Assembly (NCBI GenBank): GCA_964016885.1 | Contig: OZ024752.1 | Coordinates: forward strand, 12,896,001-12,960,000 | From: Eledone cirrhosa | Taxonomy: Eukaryota | DNA length: 64,000 nt | Reading direction: 5' to 3' | In this document: piece by piece, positions 41,733-55,422 of the stretch | How positions within the stretch are numbered: position 1 is the first letter of the stretch | How the letters are laid out: the number at the start of each line of letters is the position of its first letter | The notes under the pieces: model-generated | Told to the model about the DNA's origin: nothing | What the model saw: the letters and a program-made list of their open reading frames with translations, nothing else | Databases searched by the model: none | Translations under genes and position numbers: made by a program

Positions 41733-41814
<82 letters not shown>

Positions 41815-42078
41815 AATGTATGTATGTGTATATGTGTATATATGTGTATGTGTATATAAGTGTATGTTTTATATATATGTGTATATGTATATATGTATAT
41901 GTACATATATATATATATATGTATGTGTGTGTATGTATGCTTTTGTGTTTTTGTGTGTGCGTTTGCATGTGTAGTTTTATTTTATTTTTCCTTTCCTTCT
42001 TCCTTCTCCAGCCTCACTTTCATATAGATTGCATTTTTGTTTTTTAAAATCCAAATTCAATAAACAAACCAGGATTTT

Positions 42079-42136
42079 TTCATTCTGAGGATTGAAAACA
42101 AAACCTTTTGCTTTTAAGAAACCACTGGTAAATGGA
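42079..42136 (+). ncRNA. Type-I hammerhead ribozyme (mirror at 40795-40852 on minus)
   Basis: TTCATT CTGAGGA stem II GAAA CC-act-GG TA AATGGA. Confidence 0.75.
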
Positions 42137-42245
42137 ATAATTGCCTTATGTTGTTTATTACATAATAATAATTAAGCTCTGTTGCCTACATAGAGCACTC
42201 TTTTTTCCTGGACTTTTCCGACGGAATTACTTCATTCACACATAT

Positions 42246-42289
<44 letters not shown>

Positions 42290-42744
42290 ATATATAATAT
42301 ATTATATATATATATATATATATAATATACATATATGTCCTGTCCGTTAACTCTTCCTCACACTTTCACTCACTCACTGTTTTTCTCTCTCTTCTCTTCA
42401 TTTCATCCTGCACACCACGAACGCTATTTTTCTCTCTTTGCTCATAGCCTTCGCTCGTGTAGGATCTATTCTCTAAGCGCTCATATATTCACCTAGCTTA
42501 TGCTAAACAGAATAATTTTTGAAGCTTGTTTCTTTCCCCCGGTTAGCTTTACTCTGTTGTTCTCCTGTCTCACTCGCTTTACGCGTTTTAATTGTCCTAA
42601 TAACTTATTTTGGTTATTATTGCACCGACGTGAGATATATGATTTTTAATGCAATGAAATATCTATGATCTTCGGCAAATCACTGATGAGGGACTTATTT
42701 TATTACATGTTATCCATGTGCTACCTGCAGTATTTTTCTCTATA

Positions 42745-42817
<73 letters not shown>

Positions 42818-42851
42818 CATATATATGTATATTATATATATATATATATAT

Positions 42852-42914
<63 letters not shown>

Positions 42915-42966
42915 CACATATATGTATATATATATATATATTATATATATAATATATTATATATAT

Positions 42967-43008
<42 letters not shown>

Positions 43009-43030
43009 ATATATAATATATTATATATAT

Positions 43031-43068
<38 letters not shown>

Positions 43069-43147
43069 ATATATAATATATTATATATATACAATTTATA
43101 TATATATACTATATATATATATACATGATATATATAATAAATATCTA

Positions 43148-43201
<54 letters not shown>

Positions 43202-43862
43202 TATATTATATTTACATATATTATATATATATATACATATAATTTTAAATACGTTCTAAACTGTAAGATATTCTTGAGACAAACATACGTTTTACTCTCT
43301 TCTCTATACAGGAGGAATCGTTTCCCTTTTAGAGACATACATATTAACCTTTATAAACGTTCTTCGCTGGCCACACTCCTTCTTCCAATAAAAATGTATA
43401 AACCTTCTTCTCTATACAGGAAAACAAGTTTCCTTTTTTTCTTCTAAGAAACAAAACTTCTATAAAGAACTAAATTTTTATTTTCTCCTCTATTTCTTTC
43501 ATACCCAACGAAGCTGGGCAGCTTGTTTTCTCGCACACAGGCATTTTTTTGTACATGGAGAATATCATTTTGTTGTCAACAATGGGTGTAGCTCTCTAAT
43601 CTTCTTCTTTCCATCTCATCCTCAATAAGAACATAGCGAGTTGTCTGGTCGTCTACTGTTCTCCATACTCTGTTTTGATTGGGAACGGCGACCTTTCCGG
43701 AACTCTCTGTTAATAAAAAGTTTACATACTGTATACGAATTATGTTTAATTTATTTTGACAAAATGGATAAATCTTTACATATTATGTAGGAGTTGTGTA
43801 GAAATGGCTTTAAATCAAATTCATCTCTTCGAAAGAAAGACGTACTTTTTACAGACCTACCA

Positions 43863-44055
43863 TATAATTGTTTCTACGTTTGGCACAAGGCCAGCAATTA
43901 CCCAGTGCATTACTGGTACTTTATTTTATCGACCCCGTAAGGATGTAAAGCAAAGTTAATCTCGGCGGGATTTGAACTCAGAATGGCAATGGCCGTAACT
44001 CTATGCGTTAAAGCATAGTATCCGACCCTCTACCGATACGGCCAATCAATGGCCC
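43863..44055 (-). mobile_element. Meta/MESC-type SINE
   Basis: Reverse complement of the family; interrupts a duplicated segment. Confidence 0.85.
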
Positions 44056-44332
44056 TTATAATATAGCCTATAAAGAGAAGTAACTCTGTTCACGGGAGAC
44101 AACTCTTTGGTATTTTGAAAGTGTAGAATAAGTATCAAATAAGTATCGAAAAGTAACAAAGAAGTCAACAATGGTTGTAGCTCTCTAAACTTCTTCCTTC
44201 TGTCTCATCCTCAATAAGAATATAGGGAGATGGAGTTGTGTGGTCGTCTATTGCTCTCTATACACACAGAGTCACACTTTACTCGAGTACTCTGAAGCAT
44301 AATGGTCTTACTAATTTAATACTGGAATATGT

Positions 44333-44399
<67 letters not shown>

Positions 44400-44675
44400 T
44401 AAATGCAAGTTACTTTTGCTACTCGGTTGAGAAACTTATCACGCTTTTAATCATTACCTTTGTAGTGAGGGATAACTCTCACGAGACATGAATTTGTAGG
44501 AAAATCTCCTATCCTTTTCTTTATTAAATTTAGTAGTTGTAATCCGGTGGTACTTACTGGAGTAAGTAACCCTGGGACTAGCTCACTAAAGCAGTATCTC
44601 ATTTGGTCCTAGCTACTTGAAGGTGTCCACCATCCTTCAACGTGATATTGGTTACTATATTCTGGTTATTAACAT

Positions 44676-44861
44676 TGGTGGATTGGCAGTATCAGTAGAG
44701 GGTCGGACGCCATGCTTTCCAGCATAGTTACGTCCGTTTACGATCTGAGTTCAAATCCCGCCGAGGTCGACTTTGCCTTTCATCCTTACGGGGTCGATAA
44801 AATAAAGTACCAGTAATGCACTAGGTATTTGCTGGCCTTGTGCCTAAAGTAGAAACAATTA
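44676..44861 (+). mobile_element. Meta/MESC-type SINE
   Basis: A/B boxes, central domain and tail. Confidence 0.87.
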
Positions 44862-46376
44862 ACATTAACCAGAATCATTTGAGATCTGTCGTCTTTGGTC
44901 AGGGTAAATATTACACCCGTCTCGCTTTGGACATGAAATTTAAGCTACCATCATCAAAGGTTAACTAAATCCACATCGCTTTAACTGTTAATCTACGTAA
45001 CATAGAACCAGCACAACCTCCATTCATCTGCTCTCTTCTTTGATGCCATCTAGTGCAACATTACCTCTGACAAGTTGGCTTACCCAGCACCGTGGTATGT
45101 TTTCGCTCGACTTCCCAACCCTTCAACCTCGACGGGTTGCTACATGACAATCATCCCGATGTACCCAACGTATATATAGTAAAAGTCAAAATTGGAAAGT
45201 TTTCATATTTAATTTCTTTCTTTTTTTTTTACAGATGTCCAGCCTGCTAGGTCATATGCTGTTTTGATTAGGAATGGCGAAGTTTCCGGAACTGTTTGTT
45301 AATAAAAAGTTTACATACTGTATACGAATTATGTTCAGTTTATTTTGACAAAATGAATAAATCTTTACATATATACGAGTTGTGTAGAAATCGTTTTTAA
45401 TCAAATTCCTCCGAAAGAAAGACACAACAAACCTACCTTATAATATATTCTATAAAGAGAGGTAACTCTTTCAAAATACTAAAGAGAATGTAGATGAAAA
45501 AAGAAACTAAATGAAGTATTCTAGAAAAAATTAAAGTAAATGAAGTGTCGAAAAAAGAAAAAAGAGGTGTGTTTTGAAAGTGTCGAAAAAAAATCTGTAT
45601 AAAATGAATATTTTCTGAAAAGTCAAAAAAAAAAAATAAAATCTCTATGATATTGTTGTATTTGAAAAATCTAAATTAAAATTATTTCAGAATAGAAATG
45701 AATTCTTAAAATCAAGTGGGGTAAAGAAACTACGAATGTAGGTGAAGTGTCTAAAACTAAGAATGTTAATGAAACTAAATAAAGGGTAATAAAAAAAAAA
45801 GAAAACTAAGAATATAGATGAATTGTCTTAAAAGGAACTAAGAAAGTAAATGAAAAAAGAAATGTGTTTTTGAAAGTGTCGAAAAAAAAATTTATATGAG
45901 ATGTGTGTTTTCTGAAAAGTCGAAAAAAAAAAATCTATATGAAATGTAAGTTTTCTGAAAAGTCGAAAAAAATCTATATGGAACGAATGTTTTTTGAAAA
46001 GTCGAAAAATAATCTCTATGATATACTGTAGTTGTATTTGAAAAATCTAAATTAAAAATTATTTTCAGAATAAAAATGAATTCTTAAAATCAAGGGAGGT
46101 AATATCCAAGGGGAGATAATTCACATCTTTTTCTAGCAAACGGTCTGCGAATTAACTCCAAGGTGGTCTGGGACGGGCCAGCATCTAGTGCCTAGATAGT
46201 CCCAGGCCCACTTAGCAATCGCACGCCACCACGAAACGAACGTCAGTCACATAGAATAGGGGTCGGAGACGCAGCTTGCGCGCCACATCGAGGGCCGCAA
46301 TTCTACTGAGTAGATTACTCATACTTATGGGTACTATTCACATTTTTAAAAAAACATATGAACGAAACGAAGGGAA

Positions 46377-46480
46377 ATAATTGTTTCTTCTTTAGGCACA
46401 AGGCCAGCAATTACCCAGTGCATTACTGGTACTTTATTTTATCGACCCCGTAAGGATGAAAGGCAAAGTCAACCTCGGCA
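46377..46480 (-). mobile_element. Meta/MESC-type SINE 3' half
   Basis: Reverse complement of the central domain and tail. Confidence 0.8.
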
Positions 46481-47070
46481 AAGTCAAAACAAAGGGAAAT
46501 AATTCTGAATAAATATATTTTTACAAGAAAATCAATAGCGCATTGTCGGTATTGTGACGATGAGGGATTCGCTCTCTGAATTCCTTTAAATTATATTCAT
46601 TAAAAACATCGTCTTGAGACCAGCGCACTAACAATTTACTTATGGAAATCTGTATTCCGAATGAATTACCTCCATTCATTTCGCTTATATTTTTTATCAA
46701 TGAATAAACACTTACCTCCGTATAGACGACAGTACAGCTACATTAATGATGTGCTTCTTTCGCCCTCTTATCTGGTACTGACCAGCGTTTAGTTGGCCGT
46801 AGGATCCTATAGGACGTATCTATATATATAAAACTGATGTTGTCTGTGTGTCCTCATTTTTGCAAAGTCTATACAAATCCACATTTCTACTCCGATTGAC
46901 TTCAAACTTGCATTTATATATTCCTTGCGGTCTAAAGATACTAACTGCAGCTTTTATTTTTGAATTTTCTGTTGTTAAAGGGGTGTTATCGATCTCCGTC
47001 GAACCCTTATAATATCTGTGTATATGTCTGGCTGTCTGCATAACGACATTCTGACGAATACGTCATTGAT

Positions 47071-47140
<70 letters not shown>

Positions 47141-47192
47141 AAAATTATATTATGTAACATTATCTCATTATTTTAATTTATATTCCTTTGAA

Positions 47193-47312
47193 GTTCCGAT
47201 GAGCCGCTCTGTCTTTTAAATATGTTAATTATTTTCAACTGAACCAGATCAATTATGATATATAGTCATCTGATCCACAAATATTATATGGAGTAGCGAA
47301 ACAATTGTAAAC
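47193..47312 (+). ncRNA. Hammerhead-like motif with CCGATGA core variant
   Basis: GTT CCGATGA GCCGCTCTGT...ATGGAGTAGC GAAA CAATTG TA AAC. Confidence 0.6.
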
Positions 47313-47440
47313 GGACATTATTATTATTAATATTATTATTATTAATATTCTCTACATTCCTTACATCAAACTAAAATATGTTGACAATCTTTTAATAATG
47401 TCTTCCTTGTGAAATTTGTGGTCTTGTTTTGCTTAACTAA

Positions 47441-47483
<43 letters not shown>

Positions 47484-47486
<3 letters not shown>

Positions 47487-47568
47487 AAAGTTTTATTTAA
47501 AATTGTTGGGACACAACAAGTAAATATTTTATAACTGATATAAAGCACTCGACAAGTTTTTGGAGTAG
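47484..47568 (-). mobile_element. Tail-only family-A fragment between (TA)n tracts
   Basis: Reverse complement closely matches 61391-61474. Confidence 0.7.
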
Positions 47569-47589
47569 ATATATATATATATATATATA

Positions 47590-47959
47590 CTAGCAGCTGA
47601 GCCCGGTTGCACCTGGGGCCACTTTTTATTAAGTTAATAATTTGAAAAATATTATTGAAAGTTTATTATAAAGAAGCAGTATCAGGATAAAAAATAGAAA
47701 TATGCACTTGGGGCTGGACGGCGTACAATGAGAAGTGGAGCGACGTGAAAAGCGTTGTTTATTAACAGCGAAATAGCAATGTTTGGGGGCCCTAGGGACC
47801 ACATTTTTCAAGTTAGAGATTTGAAACCTCGTCTATTTGCTTCCTTGGCACTTTTTAAATAGGTGTGTAAATGTTCATGTCCGTCCGAACACGTCTACTA
47901 CCATTTAACCGTGCACATCTGAATTTCAATGACCACCCATTTCACAAATATATATTAGA
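47590..47959 (-). mobile_element. Short non-autonomous Helitron
   Basis: Minus strand A|TCTAATATATA ... CCAGGTGCAACCGGG ... CTAG|T. Confidence 0.7.
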
Positions 47960-49259
47960 TACATATACATATACCATATACATCTAAAGAGAGAAAGGGA
48001 GATGTAGAGAGAGACAGAGAGTGAGATAAGCCGTTATACAGAGAGAAGTACAAGATATTCAGATAGAGAGAGAGTGAGAGGAAGAGAGAGAGGGTATGAG
48101 AAAAAAGGGTGAGAGGGTGAGGAACTTTAACTTTTATTTATTTATCTATTCTTTACACACTGTTCAACTCTCCCCTTTCCTCAACCTTACGTCTCTTTCT
48201 CTCTTTCACACAAGACGTACTGTGACTGTGTGTTATATATATTTATGTCCGCACACACACACAAAAGATGCATCTCTCTCTCCCCCCCCTCTCTCTCGCT
48301 CGCTCTCTCTCTCTCTATATATATATATATATTTTTATTTTTATTTTTTGTTATAAGAACAGATTAAAGTTTAAGCAAACAATCGCTGCTTTCAACTTTA
48401 ATGGGATCTTCTGAAACTAAAAAATTCAATCTCTGAACGCAGAAGTAAATATTTCGAGAAACATTGCAACCGAAGGAAAACAGGAAGACGATATTTTGGA
48501 TCGTGAAAACGTCCCGTGGCAATGAACGGAAAACAAGCGAGCATAATATGTCGTTATGTGGACCGAGAAGAACAATTTCATGCAAAGTTTATGGTATAAA
48601 TGGAGTCGTTAGACTAATGTTCTACTTAAAATAACCGAATGATTTCCAGCCCCGGAGTTTAAGAATGATGTAAATAAAATTGTAAACGTAAATGACAGAG
48701 GTTATTAAAATAGTAAAAGTAAATAGTGAAGATTTAGGCCAGTACATACGTATGCGCCGACGGACATACACATACATATACATTCGCACACACAAATACA
48801 TACACACATACACAAACGCGCGCGTGTGTGTGTGTGTGAACCTTATGCATTTCTACAGCATTTTCACCAAACTTAAGACATAGGTTACTTATGCACTCCG
48901 GATGGTCATGGACACTTTCATTTTTCCAGATATTGATTATAGGGCCTCCCGGCAGATAACCCCTTTAACCGCTTGCTTGGAGTCGACTGAAGAACTGCAG
49001 TACAATGCAACAAAACGTCATAACTTCTGGAGTTCGCAACCGATTTTCACAAAACTTGACACATGGGCTACGTTTGTTCTACAGATGAATGTGAACTCTC
49101 AGAATTGGCACATATTGAGTAGGGGACCCCTGGGGGCAGGAACTCTCTTTTAGAAAAAGCTGATGATTTTGTAAAAGTATAGTTTTCGAAGCAGCACAGA
49201 AGTATTGACATAAATGGTATACATAACTGCTATTATATAACGCAAGGGGGACTCTGCTA

Positions 49260-49890
49260 TTATGCTATAAAACTGCTTCTTTCGCCCTCTAAGCTTGTAG
49301 TGACCAGGGTTTGGCTGGGCGTAGGGGATGACAAGAACTCAGGTGTCGCAGAAGAGAGGGGAGGATGATTGGGCCTGGGGCAGAAATGCTGGACCCGCAG
49401 ACAAGACGGCAAAAGCATTCCCTATACAATCTAAAACTGCTTCTCTCGCCCTCTAACTTGGCATTGACCAGGGTTTAGCTGGCTCTAGAGGATTCTACGA
49501 GAAATTAACACCCTCTAATCAGGCACTGATTATGGTTTAGCTAGCCGTAGTGGATCCTACAAGAAGTTTACGCTCTTCAGGTGCTTCAATTGCCCTCTCA
49601 CGGCATTGACAAGGGTTTAGCTGGCCGTAGATGATGGTACGAGAAGTATACGTCCTTAAACTGCTTCTTTTGCCACCTGACACTGACCGTAGAAGATCCT
49701 ATGAGAAGTTAATACCATTAAACTGCTTATTTTGGCATTGACCAAGGTTTAGCTGACCGCAGAGGATTTTATGAGAAGTTAATGCCTTTAAACTGCTTAC
49801 TTTGGCATTGACCAAGGTTTAGCTGACCGCAGAGGATCCCATGAGAAGTATATGTCCTTAAACTGCTTCAATCACCCTCTCACCTGGAAT
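49260..49890. repeat. Degenerate ~65-75-bp tandem repeat (one related unit at 46750-46818)
   Basis: AAACTGCTT...GGCATTGACCA.GGTTTAGCTG.CCG.AGAGGAT recurs ~8 times. Confidence 0.75.
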
Positions 49891-50806
49891 TGAGCAACTG
49901 TGGAGGAGGGTGGTTTTGGTGTGTCATATGGGCATACTTCAATGGTTCTAACTGCTTACTAGGATAATCAACTGCCAACACATGTAGATTAGAACTAAAG
50001 TTGACAGGGGAACAGACATAAGTAATGAAAACATCATATCTGTCTGTTCCTCTGTCTTTAGTCTGAATTGTTTCAGAACCCTAACCTTCTTGCAGAAGAT
50101 GATATAGCGTGATAAACCATCATGTAACCATAAGCACAATTGAAATACAACACCACGTGAACGTGTGGCAGTAGCTAAACAAAACTATCGTTTAAATAAT
50201 TATTGCTGACATTTATGGAAGGAAATAAACAGAAAATGTCTCAATAAAACTGTTCAACATAAAATAAAACTTTACTTTACCTCCTTATAAGTAGTAAAAT
50301 CCAAGCTTTTAACATTTTCTATTCAGGTCTGAAAACATGAAGTTGTTTCAGCGACCATTTTATTTTTTCTAAACAAAATCACCCCAATTACGCATGCATA
50401 ATGAAAAGTAGTCATCAGTGTGCATGCGTAAAGTATTTATGGGTTGATTGCGTCAGTTTTGAGGATGTCATCCTTATGTACCTTCATATGCGTGTTGTCT
50501 CACATAGTATTGGAGAGATAGTGCTACAACCACTGTTAACAGCAAAAGGACGCATGTATGCAAGAAATGAAGTTGGCATGCTTTGTTGGGTGTGAAAGAA
50601 ATAGAGAAGAAAATAAAAATGTAGCTGTATATAGAGGTTTCGTTTTATTACTTAGAAGAAGATACGCATTTTTGTGTCACCGGTTCAATAAAGAAAGATG
50701 GCTGATCTACAGAGTAAGGTTTATAGAGAGATAATAGAATAAGTTATATTTCTTAGAATGTATGTATATAGTGCTTAGTTTAGTTTCTTAGAAGACGTAA
50801 CTATGA

Positions 50807-50865
<59 letters not shown>

Positions 50866-51799
50866 ACGGTTTAGTTATGAATTCTACTATTTTTATCTTA
50901 AAAGAAAGCATGTGTCAAAGAAGAAGTGTCAGATAGCCACATTAAAGGTAGACCAAGGAAAGAAAAAAGAGGAAGGTTTCTTCTTGCATTGAGAAAATGT
51001 ATGTGCATAAAGTGGTTTAGTTTCCTAGAATAAAATGTACAAATAAAATGTACCTCTTCACATGAACACAATATCCAAAGATAGCTGATCGACAGAATAA
51101 GGTTTATAGACAATGTATCTGTAATTGTGTAGAGAAGTTCGAGTTATATTTCTTAGAATGTATGTATGTATATCCTAAATGTGAGAATTATTGACATATC
51201 TAATAAAATGTATGTGTATAAAAAGAAGGTTTAGATTCTTAGATAGAATACACGACAAAGAAAACATTACATGAACACAATATCCAAAACAATTTTTTAT
51301 TTTTTTGCCACTGTCACTTAATAAAATATGTCATATGTTTAGGTAAAAAGATATGCTTGGTAAAAAATGGGTAAAAAAACAGGAACTAAATTTAGAACAG
51401 ATTCATAATTTGTTCAAATTCTCTTTTAATCATATCAAAACTAACAAACCTGTGACTCATGGAAATTAAGTGACTCATGGAAATTCCACGGACGAAATAA
51501 TTAAGAGGAGTTATTTAAGAAAAAATTGATGATTTGCATTTCTATTGCATATAAATCTTATTGTTGCTTATGCAATACATGATACATAAATATACAAAAA
51601 CAACCTATACATTACTTAATACACATATCAATCCTTAGTATTTAATTCTATTGAAAGATTAATATATAATAGCATATTCCTCAATGGACAATATTTTATC
51701 ATAATTACTTTACATTATATACAAATACAAAACGATATAAAGAATATACACAATCTTTTTATTTACCTGACTAGTTTCAATTCTATTGCAACTTGCTCA

Positions 51800-54345
51800 G
51801 ATTTATCTTAATAGCTGTTTGCATACAATGTCCTTTGTCACGGTTTTATTACCTCGCCTTCCTTGTTTATCAGTGTTCAATACTTTCATTTTTACATCTG
51901 ACTGTCTGCGAACTCTTGAAAACGTGACATACAATTGCCTATGGCTAAATACTGGTTCAGGAAGGAACAGACCCACTTTATTGTATGTTTGACCATGGCT
52001 TTTGTTGATTGTCATAGCATACGGAAGTCTTAAAGTAAAAGAGATGTTGGGATCACCGGGGGCTAACTTCAGTCTTGGGATCAAAACACACCTGCTCATC
52101 AAAGGACCATTGATATGAGAAGCTTTGATAAAATGTTGATGCAGTGCCACTACTTTTAATCTTGTGCCATTGCATAATCTGTTCTGGATTGAAATATTCT
52201 GTAGAAGTATTATTATTGATCCTGCTTTTAATTGGAGTTTGTGAAGCGACATCCCAGAAGGTGTAAGTTCAGAAATTCAGTAGAAGATTTGTCTGCCTCT
52301 GTAGGCTCACCAGCGAGCACTCTATCTGTTCTGTAATAAGTATGGCTGTTACCAGGGAGTTGTCTGAGATGAAATGACATGTGTTATTTTCTCTTGTTGA
52401 GTTGTATCGCTGAAAATGTGTTTCACTCAACAGTCATCTACACATGATAATGGAGGCACTTTAACATCATCTTCATTTATATTCAGTCCTTCAATTGGAG
52501 GTGTTGTTCCATTACCCGGATGTAGCTGCCACTTCACAAACTCTCTCTCATCTTCTCTTACTCTAACATTATTGCTTAATGTAAAATGTTGAAAGAAGTG
52601 CCACAGATGGAAGTTTTTAAGGCATATTTCTAATGTGGCTTCACAGATACTCCTTGGTAATATTGGCAGCAGTTACCTGAAGGCAAACCTTTTCTGCAAA
52701 CACTTCATTGACACCAGTGATATCTTGAAAGCACTTGTGAATGGCGTGAATTGCATGGGAAGGAATCATAGAAGCCTCGTCCAGTATTATAAGATACAGG
52801 TTCTGTAAGTAATTGGTATGAGCCATACACATTACATACACTGGTCTCTGTTAGAGGAACAGTTAGTTTGAATAAATTGTGCACAGTTCTACCTCCCAGC
52901 TGCAGCGTAGATGCTATGCTGGTCCAAGCACGGCAACATACCTGATAGTTATTCATCTGGAGGTGAAAAATCATCATATTGAACAGGTATGTTTTGCCAC
53001 AACATCCAGGTGCATCTGCATAGAAGCAGGTATGTGCAGGCTTTTCACCTTTTCTTCTCTGTTGAACAGTATCAATTACAGTATCAGCAATCATTTCTTG
53101 CTCTTCAGTAAGAGAATCAATATCAGGGTGGTTGATGTCAACTTAAGGATCAGGTTGAAGCATCTCAACGGGCTGAGGTAGGGCCTGTCATGCACAGTTG
53201 GTACCATTTTCAATCAATATTGAGTTATTGTAACCAAGTGCTATATTTTCAGCTTGCTGACCATCCATTCCTTTATGAAAATAATTCTCGATCATTGACT
53301 CCTTATGTGCATTCCGTAATTGCACAGAATAAAAGCACAGAGCAGCGAACATCATACAAAGTTGTGTTGGCATGTGGTGAATAGCAGCTCCATGTAGTGC
53401 TTGGCTTAAATAGTCATCATTTTCAATCAGACCAAGTCACAAGCAGGCCTCTTTGAAGGTTTGAAATGTTTCTCCCTCCACTGTTTGTAGTTCAAAACTC
53501 TGAGTGCCTGGCACATGAAATAGCAACACTCTTAAATAAAAGTTTTCTACTACTCTGGGGCTGACTGTGTACATTCAACTAATGATATTATTGTTCCTTC
53601 TTCTTGGCATCCATTTTCTGTTGGTGCCATTGAACACATAGTGTTCTGGAATTTCTGGATATAGGTATTTAATGGCATATTTGTCTTCTTCATTTAGCTT
53701 GAACCAGGCAGTAAGGGTTGTGTCTCAGTGTCCCTGCATTTCTACCATGACTTGAGCATTGCCTCTTTGAAAGTAAATACTCTGTTTGTTCTCCAGGTGT
53801 ATAGCTAACCTGTACACTGTATGTGATGTACCATGAAGCTTAAATTCAGAGAGGTGTCACACTGTTTCTGGCAGAGACACATACCTGCAATTAAGATAGT
53901 TTCTTATTTCATCATGGTTGTGTTGGTTCTGAGCATCATTAGGTAATGCATTATCCATTATTTCTATAGATGTGCAATCATACCCCTTGTAAACATATTT
54001 AAAGAGGTACTTGATGCATTTTATAGAAGAGCAAACTTCAACATTAATATGTGCAAGATATTTCTTAAGCAAAAAGGCATTAAACGGCACAACATTCCTG
54101 CTATCTACTGAATGTCATCCAATTTGCAACTCAGTTCCTGTCTGTTGCCTCCTGTACTCTGGATATCCATTTAGGTTTAATAATGTTTCCTCTGTAGGTT
54201 TTTGGATAGTTCTTTTGGCAAAATACATTTTGCATTCATGGGGGGAAAGGGTTTCCAGAACTACATAGCCCATGGATCATAAACTTTTTAACCTGCTCAT
54301 GTAGTACCGGATCATCTTCTAATACAGGTATTTCTGCTGACACGA
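51800..54345 (-). mobile_element. Decayed Helitron RepHel (Rep end plus Pif1-family helicase)
   Basis: HINVEVC..KYLFKYVYKG, APGCCGKTYL, IILDEASM, LCNGTRL, AMTINKSHGQT and QLYVTFSRV across frameshifts. Confidence 0.92.
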
Positions 54346-54615
54346 TTCCGTTATTTCTGTTTTTATATCAAGACTTAATAGTTAGTTCTATTATTTCTGT
54401 TTTTGTATCAAGACCTAATAGTTATTTTTGTTATTTCTGTTTTTGTATCAAGACTTAACAGTTAATTCTGTTATTTTTGTTTTTGTACCAAGACTTAATA
54501 ATTATTTCTGTTATTTCTGTTTTTGTATCAAGACTTAACAGTTATTTCTATTTTCCTGTCAAGACTTAATAGTTATTCCTGTTTTTATATCAAGACATAA
54601 CAGAGAGTCCTGTTT
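54345..54615. repeat. ~39-bp tandem repeat, ~7 copies
   Basis: TTTCTGTTTTTGTATCAAGACTTAA recurs. Confidence 0.85.
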
Positions 54616-54831
54616 TCGTATAAACATCTTTGTAAAATAAAAATATCCAGACAAGAATTATTTACTATAAACTGGAAAACCAATGATTATCCATTGGAAA
54701 CATCAATTTATCAATGTTATACTTGAAAATAATGTTTTGCTTGAGGGGCCCATGTAAATATAATTGTATAAATTTAAAAAACATTATTAACTAATTTTTC
54801 TCGGTGAGCTCTAAAATCAAAAGAAGTTACT

Positions 54832-55059
54832 TTAACCCTTTAGCATTTACATTACTCTATATTACTTTTGTATTTTCATGGTAAAGGTTTTATCTCACAT
54901 AATTATCTCACATAATATCGAATGCATGAGATTTTGATATTATCTATTTTGAGAACAATACCTTTACATCAGTATGAGTGGCAAATTATGACCGATTTGA
55001 ACAGAAAGAGGTGAGAGAATTCTGGCCAGATATGGCTGGTTTAAATGCTAAAGAGTTAA
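54832..55059. mobile_element. TTAA-flanked MITE
   Basis: TTAACCCTTTAGCATTTA...TAAATGCTAAAGAGTTAA. Confidence 0.85.
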
Positions 55060-55206
55060 ATGTAAAAAAACTTAAAACAAATATTTTAAATGTTTTAATT
55101 TTTTTATTAAAATAAAACAAACAAGGCATAATTAAAGCTCCATATAAATGCTAGGTTAAATCAACATCTGTGAGATATATTACAGACTAAAAATATTTCA
55201 TGATTG

Positions 55207-55422
55207 ATCATCATCATCATCATCATCGTCAATTAACGTCTATTTTCCATGCTAGCATGGGTTAGATGGGTTTGTCCCATTAGAGGCAAGTTGGATCAGG
55301 TGACTGTGTCTCGCTCATATAGGAGAGTTTCTGGCTGATTTTCTACAGTTGGATGCCCTTCCTAACGCCAACCACATTTACAGTGTGTGCTGGGTGCTTT
55401 TTGCCGTGACACCTACACGATG
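55207..55422 (-). mobile_element. RTE 3'-UTR fragment
   Basis: (CAT)n and GGATGCCCTTCCTAAC motif shared with the other RTE UTRs. Confidence 0.75.

Larger units (their letters stand above)
40769..42235 (+). mobile_element. 5'-truncated Penelope-like retroelement with inverted pseudo-LTR
   Basis: GIY-YIG coding remnant, inverted arms (41425-41486/41639-41700 and 40769-40865/42066-42161), hammerheads in both arms, tail 42162-42235. Confidence 0.8.
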
